A stretch of DNA of 64,000 nucleotides, taken from NCBI RefSeq assembly GCF_006345805.1, contig NC_042998.1:192200001-192264000 (forward strand), in the 5' to 3' direction. Below, in pieces: positions 13,136 to 28,324 of this stretch. Source of the DNA: Octopus sinensis (lineage: Eukaryota). The translations under genes were made by a program, and so were the position numbers. Position 1 is the first letter of the stretch. Every line of letters starts with the position of its first letter. Under the pieces are notes generated by a model, which was not told the DNA's origin, did not search any database, and saw nothing but the letters and a program-made list of their open reading frames with translations.

Positions 13136-15600
13136 ATTTGTCACTTTGTATAAGGTTTTTACATGAAAATAGAACAAACATATGATCCTCGACATAAATG
13201 AGTGAGGTGCCAATGATCCATTTTCGGAAATCTTCAATTTGAAGTACGCATGCGTGCTGTGGCTTCTATCCATGTATCAACCCTCCATTATATTTTTCTT
13301 TCATTCATGTTTTTGAAGAATGAATATCTAAGTACAACCTGTCAAGATTCAAATCAAGTTTTGGTAGTTAACTACATAGAGATATGATACTCAGAGAATC
13401 TAGAACTTTCCTTCTCCCTATTCTACCTAGCACTGTGATCTATATTAAAGAGTGAACGAGAAATGGTGACGAACTGGTAATTATATTCATATAACCTCCT
13501 TCAAGTTCGAAACGAGACTACATCAATTGTAACTATCCTAGAGGAAGGTAATTTCAGTTGTTGACAGATATCAAACCAAGTTGACCGAAAAGAACGATAT
13601 AACACTGTATAATACATTTTTGGCCATGGACAGCAACTGTTATTTCTTGTTTGCTTATCCCTAGAAAGCATGAAAAATAGCTATTTCCTAAAAACTTTGC
13701 TTTTGTTACACTTATTCAAACCCCAAAGAATCCTTCTCCACATATGTCTATGATGCTCCTCCACTACTCCTGCTCGTGATCAGAGATGCACCTATTGTCA
13801 GGCACTAAGGAACATGCTCAAATGGTTAAGGCCAAGTAATTGACGAGCAAATCTGTAGCACTGAGCAGAATATCTGCTACAACAGATCTGCCTGAAATGT
13901 AATGCAAAATAGGTCAGTTTCAAAACATTGATGTCCAGGTCACGAAAACAAAGTTTGAAGGGAATTGTAGTCATTTCCTTTGATTTTAAGATAGAAGCAA
14001 CTAGGAAATAACCCTTACTGAACAATGACAAAAATAATAAACAGTTTGTTACACAGTGTAATTGAGCATGAAGTAAGGTTATTTGCTAACAACGAACGTG
14101 CAAAGAACAAAGGAAAAAGCAGGCAACACTTCCCAAACCCGGAGAACAGTCAAAGGTGTTAACTTCAATATAGTATATATTTTAGCATACTGATATGAAC
14201 ATAGCAATGGGAGACATTTGATAGTGACTATGATGTTTCAAATAAATAAATAAGACAAAACCCACATAATACTGTTCTTTTATTTACATTATGTAAAGAG
14301 AAAAAAATTCAATGCTTTCCATTATTACAACATTGCTTTAAACCTGATTAAGTATTTTACCTGGAGGCACTCGAACAATGCCAGTCAGTCAGTAATATCT
14401 GCATTTAAGTTATCTTCTCTGTTTAACTAGATCTTTCTTTTGCCTATTCAATTCATTGCTTTGAGCAGGTTACTTTATTGAACTTACGACTTACATTCCA
14501 AATATACATTCTGATGACATAAACATCAATATCGATGTTGAAATTCGTGCACCAAAAACGTATTATATTTGAATTACTTCGTTTATCTTTTCATATAACC
14601 ATATTTTCTATGATACGTATCTACAACATATTTGAATACGATACCAAGAGCAAGTATATTATGAAAATTTAAATGGCATTCCTGTCCTGAAGTTGTGTTT
14701 CACACCAATCTCCTAACCTGACTATATTGCTAGTTCGCTTTCAAAACTGAACTTTTAATTTGAATCTCAAAATTTATTAAATGATCATAAGAATATTTTG
14801 GCGGGATTACCGCCCATGGCAGAACCAGTATAAGAGTTAATATGTAGGAGGCTACCTAAAGAGTAATATTTTTGCAGACGTGACAGTGTCAACGGAGTAT
14901 GGAAATAAATCCGTTCTACTGAGACGAAATATTCGCTGGATTCTATTTTTAATATGAGAGCATAGAAGAGATGATTAAAAAGTTTTCCTCTCCATGTCTT
15001 ATAATTGTGTTGAGTTCAAACTTTTGGAGTAATATACTAAATATTAAGAAATATATACTAAATTTTAACTGCAGTTCGACACAGTGGCTTGTAAACCTAA
15101 TATATTTTTATTGTTTTTTCACTTTATGAAACTTACAGACGACAAACAATTTAGCTTGGCTTTCAGTCATCGGACAAATTAATACATATTTAAATATGGA
15201 CGCCATATTAAATAATCATCATTACTTGCAGCAGTAAAGATTTCTATATAACTCGTGCTTGACGAAAAAGAAAAAAGAAAACAAAAACTAGAAAATTTTC
15301 TATACTTCACAAAAGAGCTAAACTGCCATGCACAGACATCTATCAGAAATACGATGCATTAATTGACACCGCTTAAATTAACGAACTCATCGTGCAGAAG
15401 TAAGCGAGTGAACATTGATCTGTTAGAAACATCAGCCAAGTTTCCCTCAAATCGCAATAAACATTAATGGGGGAAAAGGAGTAAAAGAAAAAAGCAATAG
15501 GTTTACATAAATTTGTTTATGTTTATTTTTTCAGTGTGTGGCTGAGTATAAGTGAAGAAGGCAAGAATAGTGTTACTAATGTATTCATAAAGATGTAGTT

Positions 15601-15800
15601 TTTTACTCTTTTACTTGTGTCAGTCATTTGACAGCAGCTATGCTGGAGTACCGCCTTTAGTCGAGCAAATCGATCCCAGGACTTATCCTTTGTAAGCCTA
15701 GTACTTATTCTATCGGACTCTTTTGCCGAACCGCTAAGTGACGGGGACGTAAACACACCAGCATCGGTTGTCAAGCGATGTTGGAGGGACAAACAAACAC
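15601..15800 (-). mobile_element. SINE family A, 3' half only
   Basis: Tail and 3' body present; breaks at the internal CA repeat, which is expanded into the 15800-16015 array. Confidence 0.88.
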
Positions 15801-16015
15801 ATACCCAGACACACTCACTCACACACACACACAAACGCACACACACACACACTCACACACATACCCGGACACACTCACACACACACACAGACACACACAC
15901 ACATACCCAGACACACTCACTCACTCACTCACTCACACACACACATACACACACACACGCACACACACACACACACACTTACACACATACCCAGACACAC
16001 TCACATACACACATG
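15800..16015. repeat. CA-rich minisatellite with recurring CATACCCAGACACACTCAC unit (4 copies)
   Basis: Direct reading. Confidence 0.85.
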
Positions 16016-16115
16016 TTATCTAAACTTTTACTCTAAGGAACCAGAATTTTGCTCTGGCTTCTAACAAAGATACAAGCTCTAATGTTTGAATGTAGATAAA
16101 AAGAAAAAAACAATA

Positions 16116-16880
16116 TTACATTGTATACTCCAGAAAAGTCTTGAATACTTTTACTGCTCCTCTTACTGACTGTATTCAATTGATTGAATTCTCCTTTTGA
16201 AAACACTGGTTTATCCTGATTGTGTCTTGTGCATTTACTGAGAAAGCTAGATTATAAATGTGAATGCATAAACTGGAGATTTCAAAGCAGTTCATCGTTA
16301 TTTCCTTTGTCGTTGATCATTCAGAGATATTCACGTCAGCAGAACAGCTGACCTCTAGAACAGTTGACAGTTCATAATCTTTCCTAACTGTCCAAACAAC
16401 AGTATTCAACCTGTTATGTTTACGCTTGATGGATGTTTTTGATGGTAATATTCCCACAATATTCCTTGTGTTGATGCTAGTGTATGTATTTATTAACAGG
16501 AGGATATTTGTATTTATTTCAAGACAGTCTTCTTCTCGAATGATATTGTAAAATGCTTAGGCCACAAGTCGTGTCGCGTAATGAAGTAGTAGTACTTTGA
16601 TAACAATTTTTGGGCAGCTGCTAATGACATGTTTGATGTCTTCCACTGAAATATGACATAATCTTCATTTTCACTTGTATCTTGGAGCTCCAAGGACTTT
16701 CCTGTCTCTTCTCTTAATTTGGTATTCCTCAGTAATCGCATATTTTGGATTGCAAAAGCGTAGCGTTAATAGTGCGATCGATGCAGTCACGAATCAAAGA
16801 AAGGCTACGCTTCATGTCGATATTATGGTCTCCTTTAATTCAAGCTTTTCGAAAGCATACCCAAGCATAGTCTTTTTCAT
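16116..16880 (-). mobile_element. Decayed non-LTR retrotransposon C-terminus with CCHC zinc knuckle and restriction-like endonuclease (R4/Dong-type)
   Basis: The minus strand gives K*RLCHISVEDIKHVISSCPK (C-X2-C-X7-H-X4-C, first Cys codon now TGA), then KHNRLNTVVW...STVLEVSCSADVNI and a terminal GAVKVFKTF. Confidence 0.82.
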
Positions 16881-16914
16881 CTATTTATTCATTTATTGGT
16901 GGGGTGTACATGTT

Positions 16915-16951
<37 letters not shown>

Positions 16952-17077
16952 TGATAATAATATGATAATAATAATAATAATGATAATAATGATAATAATA
17001 ATAATAATGATAATAATATAATAATAATAATAAATATATATATATATACATACGTAAATATATAAAAATGTACACAC

Positions 17078-17109
<32 letters not shown>

Positions 17110-17110
17110 G
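16915..17110. repeat. (TAA/TGA)n trinucleotide array plus TA/CA repeats
   Basis: Direct reading. Confidence 0.95.
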
Positions 17111-17212
17111 CTCGCTTAGCCAGCGGGGTGGCGTCATTGAAGGCTAAAACAATGCGAAGCGCATTGTGACCAGCGATGTGTAGCAACATCTGACGGCCTG
17201 GTCGGTCATGTG

Positions 17213-17280
<68 letters not shown>

Positions 17281-17599
17281 ATATATGAATGTATGTAAAT
17301 GTGGATGCAAGTATGTATGAGAAATTGATATATAGATTGATAGAGTGATAAGTTTCAATTTGTGGGGGCAATGACTTCGTGCAGAAAAAAAATTCTTATT
17401 AAAACAGAATTTTATTCTATGTATATATATATATATTTTGAAATTCTCATAAATATCTATTGATATGTTTTAAATGTTAATGAGGTCTCAACGAGGAACA
17501 CACGAAAAAAATTATTAAAATAACGTCTGAAATAAATACTTTTAAATACAAGTTACAGAAACATCAAGAGATTTTAACTATATTTCTTTCTTCTTTTGA

Positions 17600-17637
17600 T
17601 ATATATATATATATATATATATATCAAAGTATCAAAG

Positions 17638-17668
<31 letters not shown>

Positions 17669-17713
17669 TATATATATATCTATATATATATATATATTAT
17701 ATATATAATATAT

Positions 17714-17791
<78 letters not shown>

Positions 17792-17812
17792 TAATATATA
17801 TATATATAATAT

Positions 17813-17872
<60 letters not shown>

Positions 17873-17895
17873 GTATATATGTATATATATGTAAA
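17600..17895. repeat. (TA)n array containing two ATCAAAGT units (17623-17638) identical to the LINE tail at 33478-33501
   Basis: Direct reading. Confidence 0.85.
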
Positions 17896-18694
17896 TCGTA
17901 TACAACTGTGTATAATTGGCTGACTATGATTGTCTTTTTTCCTATTCTGTTTTTGTATTTAAATACTCGAAATAATCAATAACTTTTTTTTTCTACAAAT
18001 ATATCGGTGAAGTTCTTGACTTTACTAGTTAATTCTTGTTTTTGTTTGTTTTTGCTTTTTTTTTTACTTATTTTTCGGCTTTCCACCTGAAAATTATCAA
18101 CCACTGTAAAGCAAGTCTATGCTTGGTCGTTTAATATACAACTGCAGTCTACCGTCTTTAAAGAACAGATTTATTACATAATATAATCCGCTAACAATAT
18201 GCCTACCTGCTATAAAGTCATGTGCGGTGTGGTTGAAATGACTACGAACATAGGCGAGATATTCTGTAACATTAAATATTTCTCTACGTTTACCAAACGA
18301 TGCCTTACAGCAGTTAAATGTAAGCTGTCGCTTTTGTTGTTGTTTGAATACTGATAGATATATATCGTGAGGCCGCCTAATGGCAATTCTGAATTTTCCT
18401 TTAGATTTTGCTTATTATGTGTAATATTTTCTAAAACTTATTTTAGTACTTGAATAGACAGACGCTGTGTAGAACAAATTAAATTTTGAAGTATTTTCCA
18501 GTATCATAGAACAGAGGCTAACAAGATATACAAAAAGGTGAAGAATTATGGGAATATTTACTCCATAACTTTATTTGTCTGGAGAAGTTCACTTCGCAAC
18601 AATTTTGTTCCCGCCCACTGCATGGAACTACCGGCAGGTGTCTTATTACATAGTCTGACCAATAGATTGTGATTGAGTTTTCTATGTGTGCATA

Positions 18695-18695
18695 T

Positions 18696-18737
<42 letters not shown>

Positions 18738-18840
18738 AAGAGAAAGAAAGAGAGGAAGAGAGAGAAGGAGAAAGAGAGAGAGAGTGAAAGAGAGAGAGAG
18801 AGGGAATGAGAAACAGAGAAAAGAAACAGAGAGAGAGTAG
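18695..18840. repeat. (GA)n-rich purine tract
   Basis: Direct reading. Confidence 0.95.
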
Positions 18841-20517
18841 AGAACTTGAAATCAACATCAAGCTGTGATATATTTTCATATAAGTCAATTGCAATATATT
18901 TTACATAGTTAATACTTTCCTATTGCAATATATTGGGAGTATTGCTTTCTTTTGTATTTGCCATAGGCTTTTTTTAATGTACAATCTGTAATGCTTTTCC
19001 TTCAGTTTCATATCATCCACCCAGGTTTGACATTCCTTTGTTAGTAATCAAATATACCTTTACACTATAATGCGATAATTATCGTTTGAACAATTGCTGG
19101 CATTTTTACACGTTTTGTCTACAGAAATGATAATGTACCGATAAAGTATTTAGATGTTCCAGTAGCTTCTTGAAAAAAATCTGCCTTTATCTACAACGAA
19201 GGAATAATCTGGATACGAATGTTTGAGCAGTTGCAGACTTACATACTTCAATATATATCTATTGGAGCCGTCAGAAGAGTTACTGTATGGTCTTTCGCCC
19301 TGCTAGAAGTAGCTGCAGAATCACGCTCACTAAGTCTTAAAAAAGAAAAACGCATTAAAGGAGATCTTACACATTACTACAAAAACTGTTCTGAATGGAT
19401 CAAGATTAATCTGAATAGATCTAAACAACAATAACAACAAAACCATCCCGATTCATTTAGGTTCAGTTATATAAAAAATCGATTGTACAAATGGAGGGAA
19501 AGAAGCAACCTTCCTCGAATTGCAAAACTGCACGTAGATATATGGTATATCGAGAACAATGGATTTACGGTAAGCAAAGTGTCTTTCTGGTAATTCAACA
19601 AGTACCAAAGACCTCATCAACCAATGGTAACATGTAAGCTAAGCAACAAACACCAAAAATGTGTCTCTTCGGTTCGCTCTACTTGTTAGATATGGTGATC
19701 TTAGATGGTTGATCAGTTATAAGCAGCGGCCAAATCTTTCTAAATCCGCATTCTAGGATATTGTTTTCTTAAATACACTGTATCTGAAAACAGTAGACAA
19801 GATGGTCACGACTGAAACTATTTTTGACTATATATCTTCTTCATGAGAGCTGGCCTGTTACTAAATAAGTACAAAAACTTATTTAGCATTTGCAAATTGC
19901 ATGAATGTAATGACATGTCATTTAACCTGAGAGGAATATCTCTCTGACAGGTATACAGACCATATCTTCCCAAATTCATTAACTTGTTTCCAACAAACAT
20001 GAAGTAAACCTTTTCATTCCTACTGCCATCAAAATTTGATTATTGTAATTTGATTCTAAATGTATTAGACCTCGGTTGTAGTCTGAGTTTTTGGTCAACT
20101 TTAGCCACCCAGACCGTTCCTAAAAACTGAAGGCAAAATAGCACTGAAGTAATAAACCAAAATCGAAATCAAGGAATTGCAATTGCCAACAGTTAATTTA
20201 GAGTGTACCAAATCATACACGTATTTTTCACAGAGGATCACCCTTAGTCCCCACTCATAACAGCTAAAGGTAGTATAGTACTATATTACTACTCTATATA
20301 GTACTATATAGTACTATACTGTATTGAAGGCCGTATAGTTGAATAGTAGCTTTAAATAATTTAACGTGGGGCCTTTCATAATAAATTATCCATATCACAA
20401 GCTAATCCCTCAAGATTGAATACGGCACTGTTTGTAGCGTTTGTATACTTTGAAATATGCAAAAAATATTTACTCCACTGCCTCTCCACTTTATGAATTC
20501 TTAGTAAGTCTGTTTCC

Positions 20518-21060
20518 TGGTATTGACAGAACCACTAGACTATCGAACAAGATGTTTTGCAGTATTTGTTCCATGTTACGTGCTATGTTCAATTGTTTCA
20601 GCAACAGCCACAAGCGTGAGTCAACCCGAACTTTGATAAAAGATACTTGTCAAGGATACTGGGCTGTGAGATCGAATCCCAAGTCTAATGAAATGAAAGA
20701 AAAATTTCTAATCACTTGGCCATGCTTTCCTCCTATAAGGATTATGAAAATACGAAAATAAGAAACTGCGTGGAAACGTCTTATTGTCTGAACAGTTATA
20801 GAGACTTAATCTGTAAACAAATAATAGCAATTCTGATCAAATGTCATGTATAATATTTGAGTTTCATAACATCTACATTTTATCGTTTCATATTCTGTCA
20901 GCCTATACATGGTGTCGTGTGCCACCACGAAAGAACAGGATTATTACAGATATTCAAGCTGGTATTGACAGAACCGCTTGACTATCGAACAAGATTGCAG
21001 TATTTGGTCCATGTTACGCGCTAAGTTCAATTGCACCCAAAGTCAACTTTGTCTACGATA
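20518..21060 (+). mobile_element. Two old, mutually similar relics, probably of SINE family B (about 20518-20690 and 20958-21060)
   Basis: Both begin CTGGTATTGACAGAACCRCTWGACTATCGAACAAGAT and loosely align to the family B head (CTGGCAGAA...GTTACG..CTGAGTTCAAATT...GTCGACTTTG). Confidence 0.55.
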
Positions 21061-21645
21061 AAAAATTGTTAGAAATGTCTCGGTAATGAACAAGATGCTT
21101 TGGTGTATCTGTTCTGATTCTACGAGTTTTGATGTCGATGTTTGCAAAGGCAGTGGTGGCAAGTCGTCTCAGCCTTGGGCTATATTTTTGACAATACCGG
21201 AGAATTTACTTCATGGACAACCAACGGTCATTTAAGAAAAACTGAAAATATGTCAAGGCCTACGCCACGGAGGGCATCTTCTTTGGTGTTAATTTACAGC
21301 CAGCTCCTGAGGTCTTGGAGACATGTTTATCGAAAATGTAGACGATTTTAAAAAGATGCAAAAGTGTTAATTTAAATTCTTAACTCTATTCTAAATGCTA
21401 ACACATTTTTATTTCTTTCTCTCCAAGAATATTTTCCTGAACAAGTGAAATGGATTAGAGATTAATGGAATGCCTACGGAGGTCTTTCTTTTTAATTATT
21501 TTATTATAATATTGCTTTTCCGGCTCTAAATATATCTCTTAGATGTGTGTCTGTGTATGTGTACACACATGTAGGCATGTGTTTATGTGGCTGATGCGTA
21601 TACTTCTGTGTGTATGAATGCGTGAGTGTGTGTGTGTACGCGCAT

Positions 21646-21681
<36 letters not shown>

Positions 21682-22198
21682 GATAGCATATAGTTCAAGA
21701 TGGCAGATGTTGAAGGAAATTCAATTATCAATAGAGGCGAATCTGATTTACCAATACGAATTTTAGCTGATTGAGATTTTGATCAAATTTGCTAAAGTTC
21801 ATCCACTGTATGCCATAAACTAAGAAGGTAATATTTTACCAAGTCACTATAGTATATCACACACACACACACACTCACATTAATGCTCATGTATACACTC
21901 ATATATATATATATATATACATAAACACGCCCCCATGCTCACATTATGCATTATAAATTTCGTGTATGGATTGCTAAATATAAATACACCCTTGCATATA
22001 TATACGCTGTATAAACTTCGTTCATGGATCAAGTATACCATCAAAGAAGTATTCAATGTGGAGTAGATGCAGAGGCGTTTGTTACTGGTGTTTCAAGTGG
22101 CTTAAAAATATCAGCAGACAGCCAACCAAGATGCAGCCCGAACCCTTAAACTATAAAACGTTAAGGCCTGCTGTTCAGCCATCTCGAAAGATTGTTTC

Positions 22199-22944
<746 letters not shown>

Positions 22945-23210
22945 TTCTTTTATTCTGTTACTTGTTTCAGTCATTTGACTGCAGCCATTCTGGAGCAACG
23001 ACTTAAACCTAGTCCTTATTGTATTGGTCTCCTTTGCCGAACCACTAAGTTGCATGGATGTTAAAAATCAACATCGGTTGCGAAGCGATGGTCGGGGAAC
23101 AAACACAGACACGTACACACACACACGCACACACGCACACACACACACATATATATATATACCTACTTTTTTCAGTTTCACAAGGCTTTAGTCGGCTATA
23201 GTAGAAGACA
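22945..23210 (-). mobile_element. SINE family A, degraded and lacking its head
   Basis: Tail, 3' body, internal CA repeat and a deleted part of the 5' body. Confidence 0.8.
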
Positions 23211-24119
23211 AGCTCATTGTTTAAATAACTACTAACTACAGTGATGTAATACTATTGACTGTACCAATTTTACATACCAAACACATTCCTAGCAGCTAGT
23301 AGGTACACATTAATTACTTGTAGGGACACCGCATTTTGTCATGCAACTATAATTTACTACAAAGAACTTTAAAGGCTTCATATGTTAACACTGCGTTCTA
23401 CCGTGTTAGCAGTGCTATCAAATCACTTTCGAAGGTTATCTCTATAGATTTTATATAGAAATTATGGTGAGCATTGATTTGTTACAACGTTTTGTATTTG
23501 TATATGTCTAATGTAAACAATGCAATAGATGATGGAAAACAGACAATAGGTGTATATGCATGTGCTTGCCTCGGACCACGGTTGGGGAAAGACCTTGTAT
23601 CAAGGTGTATAGCAGAATATTGCGAGTTGCATACACAACTACACATACGTCATGCAGCAGAAACACGTGTCGGTCATTTTAACTAATTACGCTGTATAAT
23701 TAACTGATAAATTAAAAGAAAAAGTTGAAGATGTGGATTTTCACATATCTTTCACATAGCTGGCGGGAAACTTGGTTCGTGGGGTTATGGATTCATGAGC
23801 TTGTGTGTATCATAAGATTTATGGAAATGAGTGTTACACATGTATTTGTGTGATTGGAAGCACATTGTTAGTTTATAGGAGCACGTATTTCTTGTGCATA
23901 ACGTGCAAACCATTAGAAAAATATGCATTATTCTGTAACATTATAATTGTTTTTATAATTTATTCCAGAACAATCCACGGAAATAATTATTATCACCGAT
24001 CTATAAGATGTAAAACCCTTTCTTTGACTTCTAAATATTATTAATAAAAGCGTATTTATACTCATGTACTGAATTCTATTTGCGTCAGCAAACCAATAGA
24101 TAGACAGAGAGACAGACAG

Positions 24120-24169
24120 GTAGATAGATAAATTTCTTTATTGGACACACAGGGCTAGACACAGAGGGG

Positions 24170-24178
<9 letters not shown>
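24120..24178 (-). mobile_element. Short retroelement 3' tail embedded in (GATA)n
   Basis: TTTCTTTATTGGACACACAGGGCTAGACACAGA, homologous to 28105-28325. Confidence 0.65.
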
Positions 24179-24202
<24 letters not shown>

Positions 24203-24270
24203 CATACATACATACATACATACATACGTACATACATACATACATACATACATACATACATACATACATG

Positions 24271-24340
<70 letters not shown>

Positions 24341-24342
<2 letters not shown>

Positions 24343-24502
24343 CGACAGGCTCCTTTCAGTTTCTGTCAACCAATCTACTCACAAGGCTTTGGTCTACCTG
24401 GGGCTATAGTGAAAGTTACTTGCCTAAGATGTCACGCAGTGAGACCAAACTGGGAATCATGGGCGGGGGAAGCAAACTTATTACCACACAGCCACGCCTG
24501 CG
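24341..24502 (-). mobile_element. SINE family A, 5' half only
   Basis: Head and 5' body end at a (GATA)n/(CATA)n array (24175-24340). Confidence 0.82.
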
Positions 24503-25145
24503 AATATGGATGCGTTAAATTCAATGCAGCTGGAGATGTTGTCTTTTTTTATTTTGCCACAAATAGATTGCTTTCTATAATTGGCAATGCTAGGAATGTG
24601 GATGGAAGTTATTAATCGTAACAAATGATTTTGGTTAGATTTAACAGACCTAAAAATGTCGAAAACTGGTGAGGAATAAATGTGTGGGTGAGTATAATTT
24701 TCTTGGGGGTTGTTGGGACTCAAATAGTAACTATTGCATATAGCTAGGCACTCACTTGAATTTAGAAAATAAAATAATTCTGATAAACATCCCAATGCAA
24801 GCAATAGGCTTTCAATGGCCTGAGTCGGGGACATTATAACGATTCTTTGAGAAAAGAATGAACATTACATTGTATCATTTACCAAATATCGAGATTTTGG
24901 TTCGAATCAGAAAACAGAATAATTAATCTTTCATCTTGGTAAGTGCTGCAGAGAAAATGGCAGCTTTTGTGGTTTAAAATGTACTGCTTGATTCGTAATA
25001 AAACCAATATTTTCGTCCAGCTTAAGTTGCTGCTTATATCAATGAAGTAACTGAACGGGGAGTAAATGATTCTGTAGGTTGTCTCTTTGTGCTTCACCAC
25101 AAAACTAATATATATTTCGGTGTTTTTCTCTTTCAAAATCTCTCG

Positions 25146-25458
25146 TGAAAGCGTCAACCAACCAAAGTACAGATATATATGGGAAACTACCACCTGTATC
25201 ATCTCTTGTGAAAGGTAGAAGAGTCCAGTTTGCTGGACATTGTTGTAGAGCTGAAAACGAGGTAATTTCTGCTCTTCTCCTCTGGAAGCTATCTACTTGC
25301 GATACCAGAGGGCGCACACTCTCCTGACCTGATATAATCTCCAGGGATACAGGCATCCAGCAACAGGACCTCCGTAATGCTATAATGGACCGTGAAGTCT
25401 GGAGTAACATAGTAAATTCCATTGTCTCGACCACGGTCGAACAATGATGAGGATGATG
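25146..25458 (+). mobile_element. RTE-group LINE 3' end, 5'-truncated
   Basis: IYGKLPPVSSLVKGRRVQFAGHCCRAENEVISALLLWK...DIISRDTGIQQQDLRNAIMDREVW followed by a (GAT)n-like tail. Confidence 0.8.
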
Positions 25459-25695
25459 TTTTCTCTTTACTCCGACGAATGTAATCTTCTATAAATTCAA
25501 AATTCTCTGCAACTGAAATCGGTCTCAAATGTTAAAATCTCAGTAAATATTTTGATATTTAGCTGGAGTTGGCTGAATAAAACTCACTGCAGAGTTAGAA
25601 CTGTGAATACATTTTGGTGCAGAATATGAAAGGATCAAACACTGATATCTACTAATTATCAGTTTCTTATCAAGAGATCTGTAAGTGCTGGTTAT

Positions 25696-25765
25696 TTCTT
25701 CAACTAAGGGCGGTGCTCCAGTATGGCTGCAGTCAAATGACTGAAACAAGTAGAAGAGTAAAAGA
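25696..25765 (+). mobile_element. SINE family A, extreme 3' fragment
   Basis: GGCGGTGCTCCAGTATGGCTGCAGTCAAATGACTGAAACAAGTAGAAGAGTAAAAGA. Confidence 0.85.
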
Positions 25766-25826
25766 TTCAAAATACTGTATACATTTTTCTAAAATCATAT
25801 AAGCTTTATTATTTAGAACGTGTATA

Positions 25827-26260
25827 CTCTTTTACTCTTCTACTTGTTTCAGTCATTTGACTGCAGCCATGCTGGAGCACCGCCTTTAGTTGAAGAAATC
25901 GACCCCAGGACTTATTCTTTGTAAGCCTAGTACTTATTCTCTCGGTTTCTCTTGCCGAACCGCTAAGTGACGGGGACGTAAACACACCAGCATCGGTTGT
26001 CAAGCGATGTTGGGGGACAAACACAGACGCACAAACATATACACACACATACATGTATTTATATATATATATATATATAATATATATATATATATACGAC
26101 GAGCTTCTTTCAGTTTCCGTCAACCAAATCCACTCACAACACTTTGGTCGGCCCGAAGCTATAGTAGAAGACACTTGCCCAAGATGCCTCGCAGTGGGAC
26201 TGAACCCGGAACCATGTGGTTGGTAAGCAAGCTACTTACCACACAGCCACTCCTGTGCCT
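25827..26260 (-). mobile_element. SINE family A, full length
   Basis: Complete head, body, internal microsatellite and tail. Confidence 0.92.
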
Positions 26261-26784
26261 ATATATATAGTAGGAAACTTCATTTTATATTGATTCTTTA
26301 GATATTTTCCTCAGTAAGTACACTATTATTTGCTCGATTTCATGTTCAGTAAGGCGGCAATAAAAATTACATTAGTATATATATAGCTGACATTAGGCTA
26401 ATAATACAACTGACATTAAGCTGTATTGTAGTCACAAAGTGCAACAGTAGAATTCGAGGAAATTAGTGATGGCCTGCACTGACAAGTGGTAAATGGCTCC
26501 GCAACTGCATAGTTTTGAATTCGATTCCATTGACCTACATTTTGATCATATGACTTCTAACATCAGGATGACCTAATGCTATAATGGGCGAGAAATTTGA
26601 TGAACAGAAACTGTAGAAGCAAATAAATAAAGAAAGAAATAAAATAAAAGAAAAGAAAGAAAGAAATGCTCTCAGAACCATTCTTCCTCATCTGTGATAA
26701 ACTTAATCCGTCGCCTTGCTTACCATTCTAACTGACCTTAAAATGCCTTTCGCCAAGTCGCTTTCTGGATACATGCAGATAGTA

Positions 26785-26933
26785 TTCTGCATGTATTCCG
26801 CTCGGTTCAAAGTCTCTCTTGACCAGAAATGGCCTGAACTCTTTGTATGACCACCCTCCCTGTACATAACTCCCTGTCCCACTACATGGCCTTGCTTTTG
26901 CTTTTTGAGCCAATAAAAATTGAATTGAATTGA
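26785..26933 (+). mobile_element. CR1-group LINE extreme 3' end, related to the 38370-39958 element
   Basis: ARFKVSLDQKWPELFV* versus LYKASLDLKWPELFT*; homologous 3' UTR but an (ATTGA)n tail. Confidence 0.8.
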
Positions 26934-28104
26934 GGATAATTTGCTCCCTTCAGATACTTAGTCTCGTAGACCCTAAAAAGAGAGCTTCAGCACTTTCCTT
27001 CTGCCTTAAAAGAAAACCATTTACAAAATATATAGAATACAAAAGTTTGCAAAATAAAATAAAATAAAAATCACTTTGGTATCCGAAAATGGTGAATTAT
27101 AACTGTTCAGGTAAGAATCTTTGTTGGGATCCTCTCTGAGCTGTTAGAGTTTTCTCTTCCACATGGCAAATTATTTTTATACCACTTAACGAACCTTTCA
27201 CATGTCTTAACTATGGCTACCCAATATTATATCTAAACAGATAAAGGCCATTGAATGAAATACCAAAAATATAGTACTTTCATATCAGTTTTGGAACTAT
27301 ATAAAACTATGTAGCAAGAGAGAGCCAACGCCGGAGCCCCTCTGCATAAATAGCAACCAAATATCCATCAAATGTTTCGTGTGATGGTTTAAACATAGGG
27401 GAGAAGACTGAATAATATAGTCATACACAATCTTTTCAACGAATGATCGCGACTTAAATACATTTTATGATACGTTAGATCAGTTTAGGTTAATTAGGAT
27501 AAAACATCAACAATAACACAGCAGATCTTCGCGAAATTTTTTCTAGAAAATATGTTTATGCTTTAGTAACTTTGATGAAACTTTAAAAAAAAAAGTTCCG
27601 ATAAAACTTTTTTAAAAAATTCTGTAAATGGAATGGTTTTTTCTAAGAAATACTTTCAGAGAAATGTAGCTATACTCAGCACAACACTTCGTTTCTCATA
27701 AATATCTGAGACGAGAAATTGGTGGGATGTAAATGTAACTTATAACCAGTGTATAGATACCTTCATCTCCCTACATTTCGAAATATTTCGTAGCCATCAT
27801 ATAGAATTTAATTCTGTTAATGTCGTTGACATCAGGTTCTAGTTAACCTTTGAATGGCTCCCTATGTGTGGAGGTTTTATTCTTAACGTGTTATATTTTC
27901 TGTGAATTTACAAATCTCAATTCACTTTACGAGCAATCTATATTAAGTATATATTGTCAATTCAATATTCATAAATATATACGCACTCATACAAATGTCT
28001 ATTATACACACATATATTTCTCTCTCTATGTATATGTATGCGCTCAAACACACCAACACAATTATATACCATACGTATACGCATACACGTAGATAGATGA
28101 ATTG

Positions 28105-28324
28105 ATAGATAGATAGATATGTTTCTTTATTAGCCACACAGGGCTGCACACAGATAGGACAAATTACAAGGTAGAGCTTTTCTTTTAGGGGTAAAAAAAA
28201 GGAGAGTGGTGGTTTTCGATCAAAAGGGATCGTAAAAGGAAAGAAAAAGGACAAAAAAAGGGGAGGGGTTAAAAAAAGGGGGGGAGAGAAAAAAAATGAA
28301 TAATAGGGATCGTTATCACAGAAA

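Noticed and set aside
19461-19569. Candidate exon AG...GTAAGC with two open frames (similar short candidates near 34235-34298, 57227-57257 and 57612-57655)
   Set aside because: No recognisable protein or consistent exon chain; such signals occur by chance in AT-rich DNA.
20755-20785. AATAAG...GAAACGTCTTATT resembling a hammerhead end
   Set aside because: No catalytic core and no stem II.
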